Origin: Macrostomum lignano
Lineage: Eukaryota
Length of the DNA: 64,000 nt
Direction: 5' to 3'
NCBI GenBank assembly: GCA_002269645.1
Contig: NIVC01001059.1
Span: 248,001 to 312,000 of the forward strand
Every line of letters starts with the position of its first letter. Position 1 is the first letter of the stretch. The translations under genes and the position numbers were made by a program. Positions 12,566-32,560 of the stretch are shown here, in pieces. The notes under the pieces are model-generated. The model was not told where the DNA came from and did not search any database. It was given only the letters and a program-made list of their open reading frames with translations.

Positions 12566-12917
12566 CCCGATGCCGGAAGTTTGCTTCCGGTTCCTGATTA
12601 AGCCGCAGCTCCAAGACAGAAAAGTGGCTTTGAAAAGCAATCGATGTGTATTTCTGTCTCAGCACCAATGTGCATTTCAGAGTCCACTTTGGTGTACTTA
12701 AAAGTTCAAAGTGCAAACATACGTTTGAGACGTACTCGAGCGGTGATTGTTGTTCTGTGGTCCAAAGTTCTTTGAGCCAAGTAATCAAAGACAACTGTTA
12801 TGCATTGCCAAATTACTGTGGCTATTCACGTATATTTTACTGTGCGATGTAAGAAAACAGAAAGGCACAGAGCGCGCAGGTAGGATTGCTTAAATTAAAG
12901 TTAGTATTGTTGTTATG

Positions 12918-13161
12918 GCATCCAGCCCCCATCTGCATCCAGCCTCATCAGTCTCAAGGACCTCCATCAGTATCCAGCCCCCATCAGCATCCAGCCTCAT
13001 CAGTCTCAAGGACCTCCATCAGTATCCAACCCCCATCTACATCCAGCCTCATCAGTCTCAAGGACCTCCATCAGTATCCAGCCCCCATCTGCATCCAGCC
13101 TCATCAGTCTCAAGGACCTCCATCAGTATCCAGCCCCTATCAGCATCCAGCCTCATCAGTC

Positions 13162-13186
<25 letters not shown>
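12918..13186 (+). repeat. 52-bp minisatellite, about 5 units, overlapping the zinc-finger gene stop
   Basis: Unit CATCCAGCCTCATCAGTCTCAAGGACCTCCATCAGTATCCAGCCCCCATCTG. Confidence 0.93.
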
Positions 13187-20400
<7,214 letters not shown>

Positions 20401-21399
20401 TTTCCAGGTCGCTTTTTGAAGCCCGGGGAGCCGCTGCCGGCTTTTGTAACGCAAAATGCTCCGCAGAGCTGCGGTGCCAGAGGAGAAAAACCCTGGGAGA
20501 CCTCCCAGCCGCTAGGGCTTAGGGAGGAGACGCTAGATAGATCACCCGGGTTCCACTTGAATTCCCATTGGCTGTAATTGTGATCCCCTTGCAATTTTTG
20601 CCACTTTTGTCGGCTCCTTTTCCCGATAAAACAGTGAAGTATATCTTCTTACCCCTGGGTAGAATTGGGATAATTCGTGGGCGGGTTGCAGCGTCTGCGG
20701 CTGGTTTAAACGTCGATGGGAAATTTTAGTTGAAAAAGCGCGGCAAGTTGAATTTGCCGCGCTCCGATATCACAAGCGGGACAGCTGATTGTTTGCTTAT
20801 GACTCCCCTGGGTCAAGAGGGCGATTAGTAGGAGCCAATTGGATTAGCTTACCTTAGGCGGTGGGCTACCAGGCCGAAAACTGCGCGGCAGACGCGGCAT
20901 TCTTCTAGAAAACAACTGAGAGCAGTTCAGAACGGCTCGATGAAAGCAGCTGGGCCTTATGCGCAGCAGCTTGTCCCATCGCTTGGGAATAATCAACGAC
21001 ACTGCAGCGATACAGGTTCTATAGTATTTCAGGGTTCGAAAGAAATGCTTTTTACTTGCATGCACGATTGAGTAAACGGCTGGAGTAATCATCGATGATA
21101 GTGACCGACATGTGTATGTTCCGGAAGCTGCATGCTTACGCAGGTGTCACAAAAAATTAACATTTTCATCATGTATATAAATAAGCTATACTCGTATACA
21201 GTTAAGTGTACATGTACGAAACTCGAGGAGAGCATTAATTTAGGTCTGCATCAAGGACTGCTAATTAAGCATAAATTCTGCAGTCCTTGGCTAATATATA
21301 TGTTACATGTTCATGCAAATATCTACTATACAAATTGTTATAATGTATTGTTATATTATGCAGATATTATGAATTAGTTCCATTTCAAGAAGTCTTACT

Positions 21400-23661
21400 T
21401 GACTCAGCTGCAGGGGGCACCGTGCGTCCGGAAACAGCGAGGAGGCGTTACCGCCCATTTCGCTAACCCCTGGCGACCACGGGCAGCTGGTGCTGCGGTG
21501 TCGCGCAGGGAGTTCCGGTGGCGCCGGTGTCCGCAGCGCAGTCCCCCTCCGGAGAGTCCAGGAGGTGGATTGTCGCTCGCCCGGTAGCCCTTAGGTAGCG
21601 GACGAGCTGGCAGAGATTCTCGGGCCTGAAAACGTCGGAGAGGTCCGGGTTTGGGCCGAGGTAGGTGAGCCTGTCCTGAGTATAGGCGGGGCATTCACAG
21701 ATAAAGTGCACCGCATTCTCGACACCGGAGAGGCAAAATGGGCATTCCTCACTGCGGATTTTTCCCTTGAGGTGACGATGCAAAACAGCCATGACCCGAG
21801 AGGGCCGCGATGCAGTGGTGTAGGTTTAGCTGCAGGATGTCCACTCCGGGGATTCCACGAGTGGTCCGGGCAGCTTCCTGCCAGCTCAAGGCGAGTTGTG
21901 CAGGAGAGCTGTCACTTCTGCCTCGCCGATAGCTCCAGGCTCCAGGTCCACGGGCTCCTCCCATGGTCGAGGGCGGGGCCGCCACCTGGGCGGCATTCTC
22001 GCTCTCGGCCCGGTTTTCCAGGGGGGGGGGCGCAGTGGTGACACTGGGCTGGGGGTTGCTGCGGTTGTTGGCCTTGGTGGTGTCCAGCAGCTGCTTCGTG
22101 CGCTGAGTCAGACCAGAGCGGATAGTGTTCCGGGCGGGTTTCCGGCCGTTTCCACGTCCGCCTGTTGCTGCAGCTTTCGCGGCTTTCCCTCTGACAGGTT
22201 CCACGTCCTCGGAGGGGTCGTGACGAACGGGAGCTTTTTTCCTGCGCGTTTCCGCCCGGCAGAGCCCCCGCTTGCCCGCTTACGCTTCTCCGGGGGCGGT
22301 GGATGGGTGGCGTCAGACTCAAAGCTAGAGCTGAATCTGCATCAGCCCGACAGAGATGAGGAACATGTCCGGATAGCGGAGCATCCGGAGCATTAGGCAG
22401 AAACCGTCTCCGCCCGGCTTGGAGATGGTCTCGTGAACTACGACGCCATTGGCCGGCAGCTCCGGGTTGGTAGCCAGTAGCAGGCGACGCAGCTCGTCGG
22501 TCTTGGTGATGGAGCTGCGAGCCGAAATCCAGGCACGGTGCCGGTGTGTCCGGGGTCGCTCGTCCTCCCTGTAGATAAACAGGTTTTCCAGCTCCGTACC
22601 CCAGTCGAAGGCTTTAAGCATCTCGAGGACCTGCTGCCCAGATCGACTGGCTGTCGGCGGGCTGGATATGGAGGGCTTGGTCCTCGACTTTCGTCTTTTG
22701 GGCTTGAATAGCGGTACCGCTCAAGGCCATCTTGACCAGGTGGGAGTCCAACCTGCGCCAGATAAGGTCGAGCTGTTCGGCCGTAAGAGCTGGCGTTTCC
22801 TGGCCTTGGATAATCAGGGCCGGCTGCCTCTTGGCCATAGCCGCATAGATGCGCTTCGGCTTGGTGGTTTGGCCAGCACCCTCCGCTTTGGATCGCTCCA
22901 CGGCCGTAGGAGCTTCCACACGGGCAGAGGTCACATCACGGGAGCTAGGGGCCACCGCACCCTCCTCGGAGGCGGCCAGAGCTGGGGCAGCTTTCGTACT
23001 CCTCAGTTCTTCCGCTTTGCGCTGGAGAAAGGCTTTGTAGCGAGCAATGCTACGGGCCTTCTTTTTAAAAGTCTAAGGTCCGCTGTCCTGTTGTCCAGCC
23101 ACTCCGGTATTGTCCTGAGTGGCGGCAGGGGCTGCCTGAGAGGCATCGGGGGTTCCGGTGTTGCGATTGTCCGGCTGGGCCGCGGTACCAACCTCGGTTG
23201 GTGCTCCAGCAGCCTCGGACGTGTCGGAAGTAAGTGAATACTCATGAGTCGCTGAAAGGCGAATGGGGACTAGAGGTGAGAAGCCGCTGGGCCGTAACCC
23301 AAAAGCCAACAGCCAGGCCAAGAGATAGCGACCGCGGGGGTGGCTTAAGCCCTTACTGGCCCGACCGCTAGCAACCGAGAAACTCCCCGGCTAAGAGCCC
23401 GGCTTGGAGAAACCAGAGGCCGAACCAAAGGACCATCAGCGCGGTGCTACACTGGGCCCTTGAGGGGGACAAGAGGCTGTCCGCGGAGCCTGCGGACTAC
23501 CCTGTTAAGGTCAGAAGGTGATACCCATTCCTCAGAGCCGTGGCCAGAGGTACCTGATACGCACAGGTTCACTTCCGGGCGGGGCCCGTACCCATGCAAA
23601 TCGGCCAGCTGGCCACGGAAGGGTTGCCGTCGCGGGAGCCCAGTCAGTCCAGCAGCCCTAG
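21400..23661 (-). mobile_element. Second copy of the internally deleted R1/LOA-like element
   Basis: Duplicate of 1730-3990. Confidence 0.75.
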
Positions 23662-25570
23662 AGCGAATGATTAATAATGTGTACAAGACTTTAAAGTGGT
23701 TTTTCAGACTAGCGTAAGATAAAAAACTTGCAAATTTATGTGGAACATGGCTTCGGAAAGCAGACGAGCTACGAAAAAAACTCGTTTTCGCTACCTCCGC
23801 ATTGATTTGAATTCGCAATTTAACCCGGTTAATTAAAAACGCACGTGGGTCAGGCTCCATTAGTCTTTATGTCGATATAGTGATCGTCCTGTTGTCACAA
23901 ATAGATTTTTAGGTCAGCCGCTTTCAAACGTGCACTTGTACTTTACTTACTGACTAGGACTAGTAAATACACAAAAATGGCTGGTTGGACTTAACTAGTT
24001 TAGACTTAGATGAAGTGTAATTAATTGTAATTGATGTTTAGGTAGACTTACCACAGCTTAATGTTAAGCTAAGCTTGCATTTAATATCTTTTATAGAAAA
24101 AATTATTAGCTTAAATAGGCCTATATTGTTACAACTTACATAAGTCTTGCATTTAGGAACTGTGCTATTTAGTGTTACTGACAGAAAAGAACTTAAGTGT
24201 AGTCATTGGTGCCAAATTAAATTGAATACCTTTTAGCATTTTTAGTAGCCTAGCCTAGGCTAGACAGAGTATATATATTCAGTTTTTTGCTCAGTATAGG
24301 CCTATCCCAAGACCCAAGTCTTTTTTTACTTAGTCTTTTTATTGCTCAGTACAATATAGCGTAGCGTAGGCCTAAAAAGAATTTAGCATTTATCATTATT
24401 ATAGGCCCTAGCATTTCTATAGGCATTGGGATTAGTCTGGGCATTTAATTGAGTATAAATAATATAGGCCTAATTCATAATGGATATGCATGGACCATAT
24501 AAGGCTACCAAATTGGTAAGTTTTTATGACATTGATTACAATAAATATATTCTTGGCTATCCTGTAGTTTCGCATGTTAAATTATTACCCCCACCCCCCA
24601 CCACCCTTGAATAGAGGGCGAAATAATTCCGTAAAATAATTTAACGTGCAAAACTACAGGATAGCCATATTCTTATATTGCATATAAAATAAAATATGCT
24701 TATTATGCCATGAGATAAAAATGTAACAATTTAAATAAATGAGACAAATGGCAATGGTTCTTGATTATTAATATTATTAAGAATAAGATAATAATGGGTC
24801 AAAGGTCTGCAACCATTTGATTGTAGGTGCTTTATATTAGGGGCCTAATAGCTTTTTGATAGGCCTAGAATATTCTAGAAGGCAGAATGTTCTAGAAAGA
24901 ATAATGCAGGAATTTGAGTTACTATAGCTATTTAGTATTTTTAGATCGATTGTAGAAATTTCTAAAATGAAATGTTTATTGCATGGTCAGAAAGTTTATA
25001 AAGGTTTAGTATAAGGTCATTATAATAGAAACAGATCATTCTTTATAGTTTATTATCTAGACATTAGGTATATATAGGTCATAAACATTATTTATGAAGG
25101 AACCAAAATTGTATATATATTACAGTCTCACATTATATATTTATTCTTTATTCACTTTAGTAACCCTTTGAAACTTTCTCTTTCTGTCTCTTTCTTTCTT
25201 TTTCTAACTTCCTTTCTTTCTTTCATTCTTGTTCTTTTCCTAATATAGATTAATCTACCTTAACTAAAATGAGTTGTTCCATTTTTAGTATATTGGATTG
25301 ATACTAGGCCTATGCTTAGGAATAAATTTATGCAATCTAGCTCATATTGCTTTTGTTAAAAATTGAATAAAATCATTTTTTGCAATTTTGTTATAAAGTT
25401 AGAGCATAATAATATAGAATAAGCTAACATAAACAATGTAAAATAAAGCTTCCAAAATGCATTATACAATCATTATCAATCAATAAAAACATTTAAAGTA
25501 AGACAACACTAAACTCTGTCTTTAAAGGTCTAGCTTTTAGTGTTTTTGTCCTTGCATTCCATTCCCTAAT

Positions 25571-26064
25571 CCCCACAGTGGAATGACATCATCTGCACAT
25601 TCCACTCCATAATTCCCATAGTGAAATGATATTAGCTGTATATTCCACTCTCTAATCCTCAAAGTAGAATGACATCATCTGCACATTCCACTCCCTAATC
25701 CCACAGTAGAATGACATCAGCTACACATTCCAATCCCTAATCCCACAGTGGAATGACATCAACTGCACATTCCACTCCCTATTCCCACAGTAGAATGACA
25801 TCATTTGCACATTCCACTCCCTAATGCCACAGTGGACTGACATCATCTGCACATTCCAATCCCTAATCCCACAGTGGAATGACATCAACTGCACAATCCA
25901 CTCCCTAATGCCACAGTTGAATGACGTAATTTACACATTCCACTCCCTAATCCCACAGTGGAATGACATCATCTGCACATTCCACTCCCTAATCCCACAG
26001 TGGAATGACATCAACTGCACATTCCACTCCCTAATCCCACAGTGGAATGACATCATCCGCACAT
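25571..26064 (+). repeat. 39-bp acceptor-containing minisatellite (right copy)
   Basis: Same array as 6271-6765. Confidence 0.95.
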
Positions 26065-29000
26065 TCCGCACCTCGATGCCAGTCGGGCGGCACCGCAAAG
26101 GAGTCCGCGTGTTCGACAACTGCTTCCAGGGTTCAGACGCGGTGGACTGGCTGCAGCTGCACCTCAGCAAAAATCCCAGCTTCGGCAGCAACGTCGGCCG
26201 CCATCAGGTGGTGCAGCTGCTCGGCAAGTTTCACAAGAGCGGCGTCTTTCACGATGTTCGCGGCGGCGGCGGCAACAGCAAGTATGACACCGAGCCCTTC
26301 GAGGACAGCTCCAGCCGGCTGTACAAGTTTAGCCTCGTGGAAACCACCCTGTCTCCGCTGAGCGCGCGGCAGCCCATCACAGCTATGGGTCTGTTGGTGG
26401 ATGGGTGCTGTCTGCTGTACAGCAGTGGGTCTGTTGCTGGATGGGTGCTGTCTGCTGTACAGCAGTGGGTATGTTGCTGGATGGGTGCTGTCTGCTGTAC
26501 AGCCGTGGGTATGTTGCTGGATGGGTGCTGTCTGCTGTACAGCCGTGGGTTTGTTGGTGGATGGGTGCTGTCTGTTGTACAGCCGTGGGTTTGTTGGTGG
26601 ATGGGTGCTGTCTGTTGTACAGCAGTGGGTCTGTTGCTGGATGGGTGCTGTCTGCTGTACAGCAGTGGGTATGTTGCTGGATGGGTGCTGTCTGCTGTAC
26701 AGCCGTGGGTATGTTGCTGGATGGGTGCTGTCTGCTGTACAGCTGTGGGTCTGTTGGTGGATGGGTGCTGTCTGCTGTTCAGCTGTGGGTCTGTTGCTGG
26801 ATGGGTGCTGTCTGTTGTACAGCTGTGGGTCTGTTGGTGGATGGGTGCTGTCTGCTGTTCAGCTGTGGGTCTGTTGCTGGATGGGTGCTGTCTGCTGTAC
26901 AGCTGTGGGTCTGTTACGTAAACGATTTCCTGGAATACAAGCCCCCTCCATGACCCAGACCGGTCTGTCGGCCGCCGCAGCCTCCGTGCCGGGCCTTCCT
27001 GGTCCGTCAGGAAGGCGACCAGCCTCTCGGCTTCATCATCAGCTTCGGGCGGAGCCGCCTGCGCCACCCCTGTGAGGCGGCCACCAGAGCCGCGTGAACC
27101 GCAGCAGCAGCTGCCACAGGCGCAGCCGGGCTCGGGGGGCGCAGCCGGCCAGGAGGAGGAGGACCTGGCCTACATCTGGCTGGACTCGGCCCTCACCCGC
27201 ATGCGCGAGCTGCTGGAGCTTCGCTCAATTGACGCCTTGACCGACGCTCGGCAGCTGCGGGCCGACTTTGTCCGGGACAACCTGACTTCGGCTGGACAGG
27301 CCGGGGACCCGGCCGATTCGCTGCCGGCCTGGGTGAGCAACGCCGTCCGGTGCCTGGCCCGCTGGCCGGACACTGGCATGCCCAGCCTGCCGAGCTACGA
27401 GGGCTTCGAGCTGGAGATATTCGCCGAACTGTGCGAGTTCTTCGAGGGTGAGGGGGGGAGCCGCTGTGCTGGGCCGGTGCTCACTTAGTAGTCAGTTGCC
27501 TAGTAGTAGGTTATAGTAATCACCCAGTGCGCTCTGAGTGATAAGCTCAGCCGGCTCACCCAATCTGCGAATCCTCCGGCTTCACAGGCCGCGACGCGGA
27601 GCCGCTGGTGCCGCCGGACCTGCGCGACCTGTTCATCAACGTGCTGGCTCTGGCTGACAACCTGGCCAGCGAGCGGGCTGCGCACGACGCCGCCGCGCGT
27701 CGGAGACATCGGCGGCGCTTTCGCCGACACCCGATCGGCGCCCCGGCCATGACCAGCAGCTGCGCCGAGATCATGCGCCAGCTGACCGCGCCAGGCGCCT
27801 CCGCCACAGACGATGCCGACTGCAGCGACGCGAATTGGTCGCTGATGAATCAGCCGCGCTGCCGGCTGGCCAGAGTCTGCCACAGCGACTGCGAGTTCGA
27901 CGCTGAGGACGACGGGGAGGACGCCGACGACTTCGCCGCCTGCCGCCGCCGCCGCCACTGGCCCAGACGCTCTCCGCTCCGTCGAAGCGCCACCTCCGAG
28001 GCTGACGGTCTCGGCCGCGAACAGGAGTTGCTGCAGTCCGTCCAAGACCCCGGCAATGCGGCCGATGGCGGTGTTCACCCGCTGGACGGCGACAGCCTGC
28101 TGGCCTCGGGCCTGCAGCTGGCTGCGCTGTTTTTGCCCCCCGGCCGGCGGCGCCGCCTTCACCAACTGCTGCGGGCCATGCACAAACTGGGAGCCAACCC
28201 GCGCCTGCGGCTCGACCCCGTGCTGCCTACGGCTCACGTGGTTCGTTTAAGTCCTAGTGGGTTGGAGGAGCAGGCAGAATCCCACCCTGCCATCTCCCCC
28301 GAATCCCACCCTGCCATCTCCCGAATCCCACCCTGCCATCTCCCCGAATCCCACCCTGCCATCTCCCCCAAATCCCATCCTGCAATGTCCCCTAAATCCC
28401 ACCTTGCAATGTCCCCCGAATCCCACCCTGCCATCTCCCCGAATCCCACCCTGCCATCTCCCCCGAATCCCACCCTGCCATCTCCCCCAAATCCCATCCT
28501 GCAATGTCCCCTAAATCCCACCTTGCAATGTCCCCCGAATCCCACCCTGCCATCTCCCCCAAATCCCATCCTGCCATCCCCGAATCCCATCCTGCCATCT
28601 CCCCCAAATCCCATCCTGCCATCTACCCCAAATCCCATTTTGCAACGTCCTCCGAACCCCACCTTGCAATGTCCCCTAATTCCTACTATCCTCCAGGTGC
28701 TGCACTCTCTGGCGTCCTGCGTCCTACGTAGGAAGCCGGAAGTTCGAGAGCCGAGGCATCCGCAATCCGAGCAGCCGGACGTGTTCGCTCTTCAGCTGGT
28801 GTCGTTTATGACTGATCACTACTCCATGATCTTCCGGCCGCCTGCGGATTTGCGCGAATGCATCGAGGCCAGGCTGGCTGCCGTGCGAGAGCTGCAGCTG
28901 GTAAGCGCGTTTTAATGTATATGAGTATGACCACTGCTGTTAGCTATGACCACTGCTGCAAGCTATGACCACTGCTGCAAGCTATGACCACTGCTGCAAG

Positions 29001-29559
29001 CTATGACCACTGCTGCTAGCTATGACCACTGCTGCTAGCTATGACCACTGCTGCTAGCTATGACCACTGCTGCTAGCTATGACCACTGCTGCTAGCTATG
29101 ACCACTGCTGCTAGCTATGACCACTGCTGCTAGCTATGACCACTGCTGCTAGCTATGACCACTGCTGCTAGCTATGACCTAATAACTTTTCAGTCTCGCC
29201 AGAGCAGCGCCGCAACGGCAGCCACCGCCAAAACAGCCGCGCCGTCCCAGTCGGAGCAGACGCAGAAGCAGCAATTCTGCAGCCGCATCCCGGCCGAACA
29301 GTTCTCCCTGTCCGGCCGGCTGGCCTCCGACCAGGCGCTGCTCAACCTGCTGGAGGGCCTCCTGTCCGATGAGAACCTGCCGGCCAGGGAGAAGCGCCGC
29401 AAGCTGCGCCTGTTCAAGGAGTCGCACCCGCACGTGTACGCGGCCCGCTTCCCGGATGCCGAGGTCGAGCGGTCGGTGCTGGACAGCCTGCGGGGACCGC
29501 CGGCCGCGCCGGGCCTGCTGGGCCGCACCATTGCCGCTCTGCGGAACTGGCGGCTGTGA
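26043..29559 (+). CDS. DEPDC1: DEPDC1/DEPDC1B-family protein (DEP + RhoGAP-like); exons 26043-26388, 26959-27447, 27588-28240, 28697-28900, 29194-29559; first exon not located
   Basis: DEP motif WNDIIRTFR..CFQGSDAVDWL..F..VGRHQVVQLLGKF. Family motifs FELEIFAELCEFF..EPL, LQLAALFLPPGRRRRLHQLLRAM, LVSFMTDHY, EKRRKLRLFKESHPHVYAARFP. Exon lengths give consistent phases; the exon-3 acceptor is the least certain. Confidence 0.9.
26385..26915 (+). repeat. 40-bp minisatellite (right copy)
   Basis: Same array as 7086-7616. Confidence 0.97.
28278..28680 (+). repeat. 23-bp C-rich intronic minisatellite
   Basis: GAATCCCACCCTGCCATCTCCCC and variants. Confidence 0.95.
28925..29179 (+). repeat. 19-bp intronic minisatellite, about 13 units
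   Basis: Unit CTATGACCACTGCTGCTAG. Confidence 0.97.
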
Positions 29560-29744
29560 CGGGTGGCGCTGGGGAAGTGGTTGCTATGGCTAAGAGGAGT
29601 TGCTAAGCTCCTCTTGGTGCGCCTTCCTGCGCGGTCTTGAATTTTTTATTAAGAATCGAACTGATCCTATTAGTCTGATCTCTACCAGGTAATCGCCTGA
29701 AATCCCAATCCACTCTGAGTAGTTTTATGGGATTAGAATCCCCT

Positions 29745-30065
29745 CCAGATCGCCTCCTGGGATTCTAATCCCCTCTAGATCACCACCTGGGATTCTAATC
29801 CCCTCTAGATAGTCACCTGGGATTCTAATCCCCTCCAGATCGCCACCTGGGATTCTAATCCCCTCTAGATCACCACCTGGGATTCTAATCCCCTCTAGAT
29901 AGTCACCTGGGATTCTAATCCCCTCCAGATCGCCACCTGGGATTCTAATCCCCTCTAGATCACCACCTGGGATTCTAATCCCCTCTAGATCACCACCTGG
30001 GATTCTAAACCCCTCTAGATTGCCAGCTGGGATTCTAATCCACTCTAGATCGCCACCTGGGATTT
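29745..30065 (+). repeat. 30-bp minisatellite, about 11 units
   Basis: Unit GGGATTCTAATCCCCTCTAGATCACCACCT. Confidence 0.95.
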
Positions 30066-30920
30066 TATATTCATCTGTAATTTTAATTTCTCTAGACTAA
30101 CCACCTGTAGTATGACTGGCATGAAACTCCTGTGACAATCTGCTCTCAGTCGCAGCTCCCCTACTTGTCAAAGTCCGCATGCCCCATTCACCGGTGCAGC
30201 TGCACTTGTACTCAACTTGTAATCACTGCAAAGCTTCGCACCTTGTCAACACAGTTTTTTATTTGTTGCACGCACCTTTGAGTGGCCAATATAAGCAAAG
30301 CACTGACTGCCGAGCATTTCAAGTCAAATTTTATTTATTTAAACCTTTCGGACATTGCATTCGCCTGCCAATTTGTCTTCTTTTAGCCTGTCAAGCAATG
30401 TTCCTTTGTTTCACTTGCAGTTGAAGTTTTTAGCTCAATTATTCTCCGAGCAAGTATTTTTGTATAAAGCCTGCAGCTGTTCAGCCACTTCGTCTTCTGT
30501 TTTGTTAAACTGCAATTACCTGTTTTTCTAACTATAATATACGTTACCTGTCATTATAATCCCGCATTACCGCTTAGCGTATTTCTACTGCTCTCTGTTG
30601 CCATGGAAACCATTGGAATCGTTGCTGGCCTCGATAATTTTGTTTTTTCAAGTTCGCTTTGTTAGGGAAACACAGTGTGTTACTGTTAGTAGCCACATAT
30701 GTAGTAAGCTTGTTATAAACAATATTGCAGATCTCCACTTGAGCTGCATTGTGTGGCAATTAAATTTGTATGCTCTGGGAAGGCCGCCTGGAGAGTCACG
30801 TGACATCCAGCTGTCATAAAAAGACCCAACGAATGCATGGCTCTGAGAGCTCAGTCCAACATTCTCAGCAGTTCCGCAGCCGCGGGCTTCTTGAGACAGT
30901 CCAGAGTCGAACTGGCCTAC

Positions 30921-31367
30921 TCAAAAATTGGATGCAGAAAATCCATGAGGCAGCAGCATGGATGCAGCTGGGGGAGCGGAGGCTGTTGCAGTAATAGCCG
31001 AACTAATAATAATCGATGCGCCATCGCCAACTGCGGGCGGCCCGGCGGTATCGAGCGATCGGCCTGCAGTCGGCGGCTCTCGACGGGTGAACGCAGAAGC
31101 TGCCAGTCGGGCGGGCGGAGGAGGGGCCGCTTGCTGCTTTAACGAGGTCGCTGCCGGTCCGCTGTGTTGCCTGTCAACAAGCCGCAGCTCTTGAGAGGCT
31201 TGCTGGGGAAGGAGGCTGCTCAGAGTAATTGGTTTGCATTGAATTCTGCTCAGCTGCTGTGCATGAAGCAGTTGCAGCCCCGGTGAGCTTTTCTTGTGAC
31301 AGCTGATCGGCTCACTGCAGCAGTGCTCAGCCGCCTGGCCACCTGCTCCGGCTGCCTCGGCTTCGTC
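30921..31367 (-). CDS. Possible terminal exon of an unresolved gene (149 open codons, A/P/S/Q-rich)
   Basis: Acceptor TCTCAG|GAC GAA, then an open frame DEAEAAGAGG...ASNF to TGA. No domain recognised; upstream exons not resolved. Confidence 0.3.
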   Translation of the reverse strand, partial: DEAEAAGAGGQAAEHCCSEPISCHKKSSPGLQLLHAQQLSRIQCKPITLSSLLPQQASQELRLVDRQHSGPAATSLKQQAAPPPPARLAASAFTRREPPTAGRSLDTAGPPAVGDGASIIISSAITATASAPPAASMLLPHGFSASNF

Positions 31368-31432
31368 CTGAGACCAATTAATTCATGCAACTACGCGTCT
31401 GCTGGCGAATAACTGCCTGCTTGAGCTCGAGT

Positions 31433-31965
31433 AACTTGAGAATCTGGCTGAGCACTCACTGAGCGTTGGGAATCTGGCTGAGCTCTCACTGAGCATTGAG
31501 AATCTGGCTGAGCTCTCACTGAGCGTTGGGAATCTAGCTGAGCACTCACTGAGCGTTGGGAATATGGCTGAGCACTCACTGAGCATTGGGAATCTGGCTG
31601 AGCTCTCACTGAGCATTGAGAATCTGGCTGAGCTCTCACTGAGCGTTGGGAATCTAGCTGAGCACTCACTGAGCATTGGGAATATGGCTGAGCACTCACT
31701 GAGCATTGGGAATCTGGCTGAGCTCTCACTGAGCATTGAGAATCTGGCTGAGCACTCGCTGAGCATTGAGAATCTGGCTGAGCACTCACTGAGCATTGGG
31801 AATCTGGCTGAGCTCTCACTGAGCATTCGGAATCTGGCTGAGCACTCACTGAGCATTGGGAATCTGGCTGAGCTCTCACTGAGCATTCGGAATCTGGCTG
31901 AGCACTCACTGAGCATTGAGAATCTGGCTGAGCACTCACTGAGCATTGGGAATCTGGCTGAGCAC
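31433..31965 (+). repeat. 30-bp minisatellite, about 18 units
   Basis: Unit AATCTGGCTGAGCACTCACTGAGCATTGGG. Confidence 0.97.
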
Positions 31966-32446
31966 TTCTACACTTTAATGCCAGACTGAAAGCTTTGTCT
32001 GGTTGACTTCCTGCTGTGGATAATTTCCTGTTCTCCCGAAGATGAAGCTGATTTGGCTGATCCGCTCAAGCGGCTTTTGACGCGGCTTCAGCTTCGAATC
32101 CTGCACTGAGAAAAGTCCTCACGGAGCAGAAGCTTGAGCAGTCGCGCGGCCAATCCCGGACGCTCCTGAGCACCCCTTAGCCAACCGCCGACTTGGCAGC
32201 TCGGGGCATAAAACCGGAGCTCAAGCCGAGTTCCACAGCCGCCTGAGCTCTGTTCGACCCTGCGCTGCTTTTTTGTTTCGTTCCGTTCTCAACAGGTAAG
32301 TTTGAGGCGCTCATCTCGGGGGAAATCCTCGCTCATCTTCTCATCCGCCTCCGCGCAATCTCTTCTTTTTCCCTAAGTCCTAATTCCCACGATTCGGGAG
32401 AATTATCCCTGCAGCCAGCGGCTGCTCAATTTACTCCCGCGGGAGA

Positions 32447-32560
32447 TTGTCCGAGTTCACGACCGTCCGAGTTCACGACTGTCCGAGTTCATACTGTCCG
32501 AGTTCACGACTGTCCGAGTTCATACTGTCCGAGTTCACGACTGTCCGAGTTCATACTGTC
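32447..32560 (+). repeat. 15/16-bp alternating tandem repeat
   Basis: CTGTCCGAGTTCACGA / CTGTCCGAGTTCATA. Confidence 0.9.
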
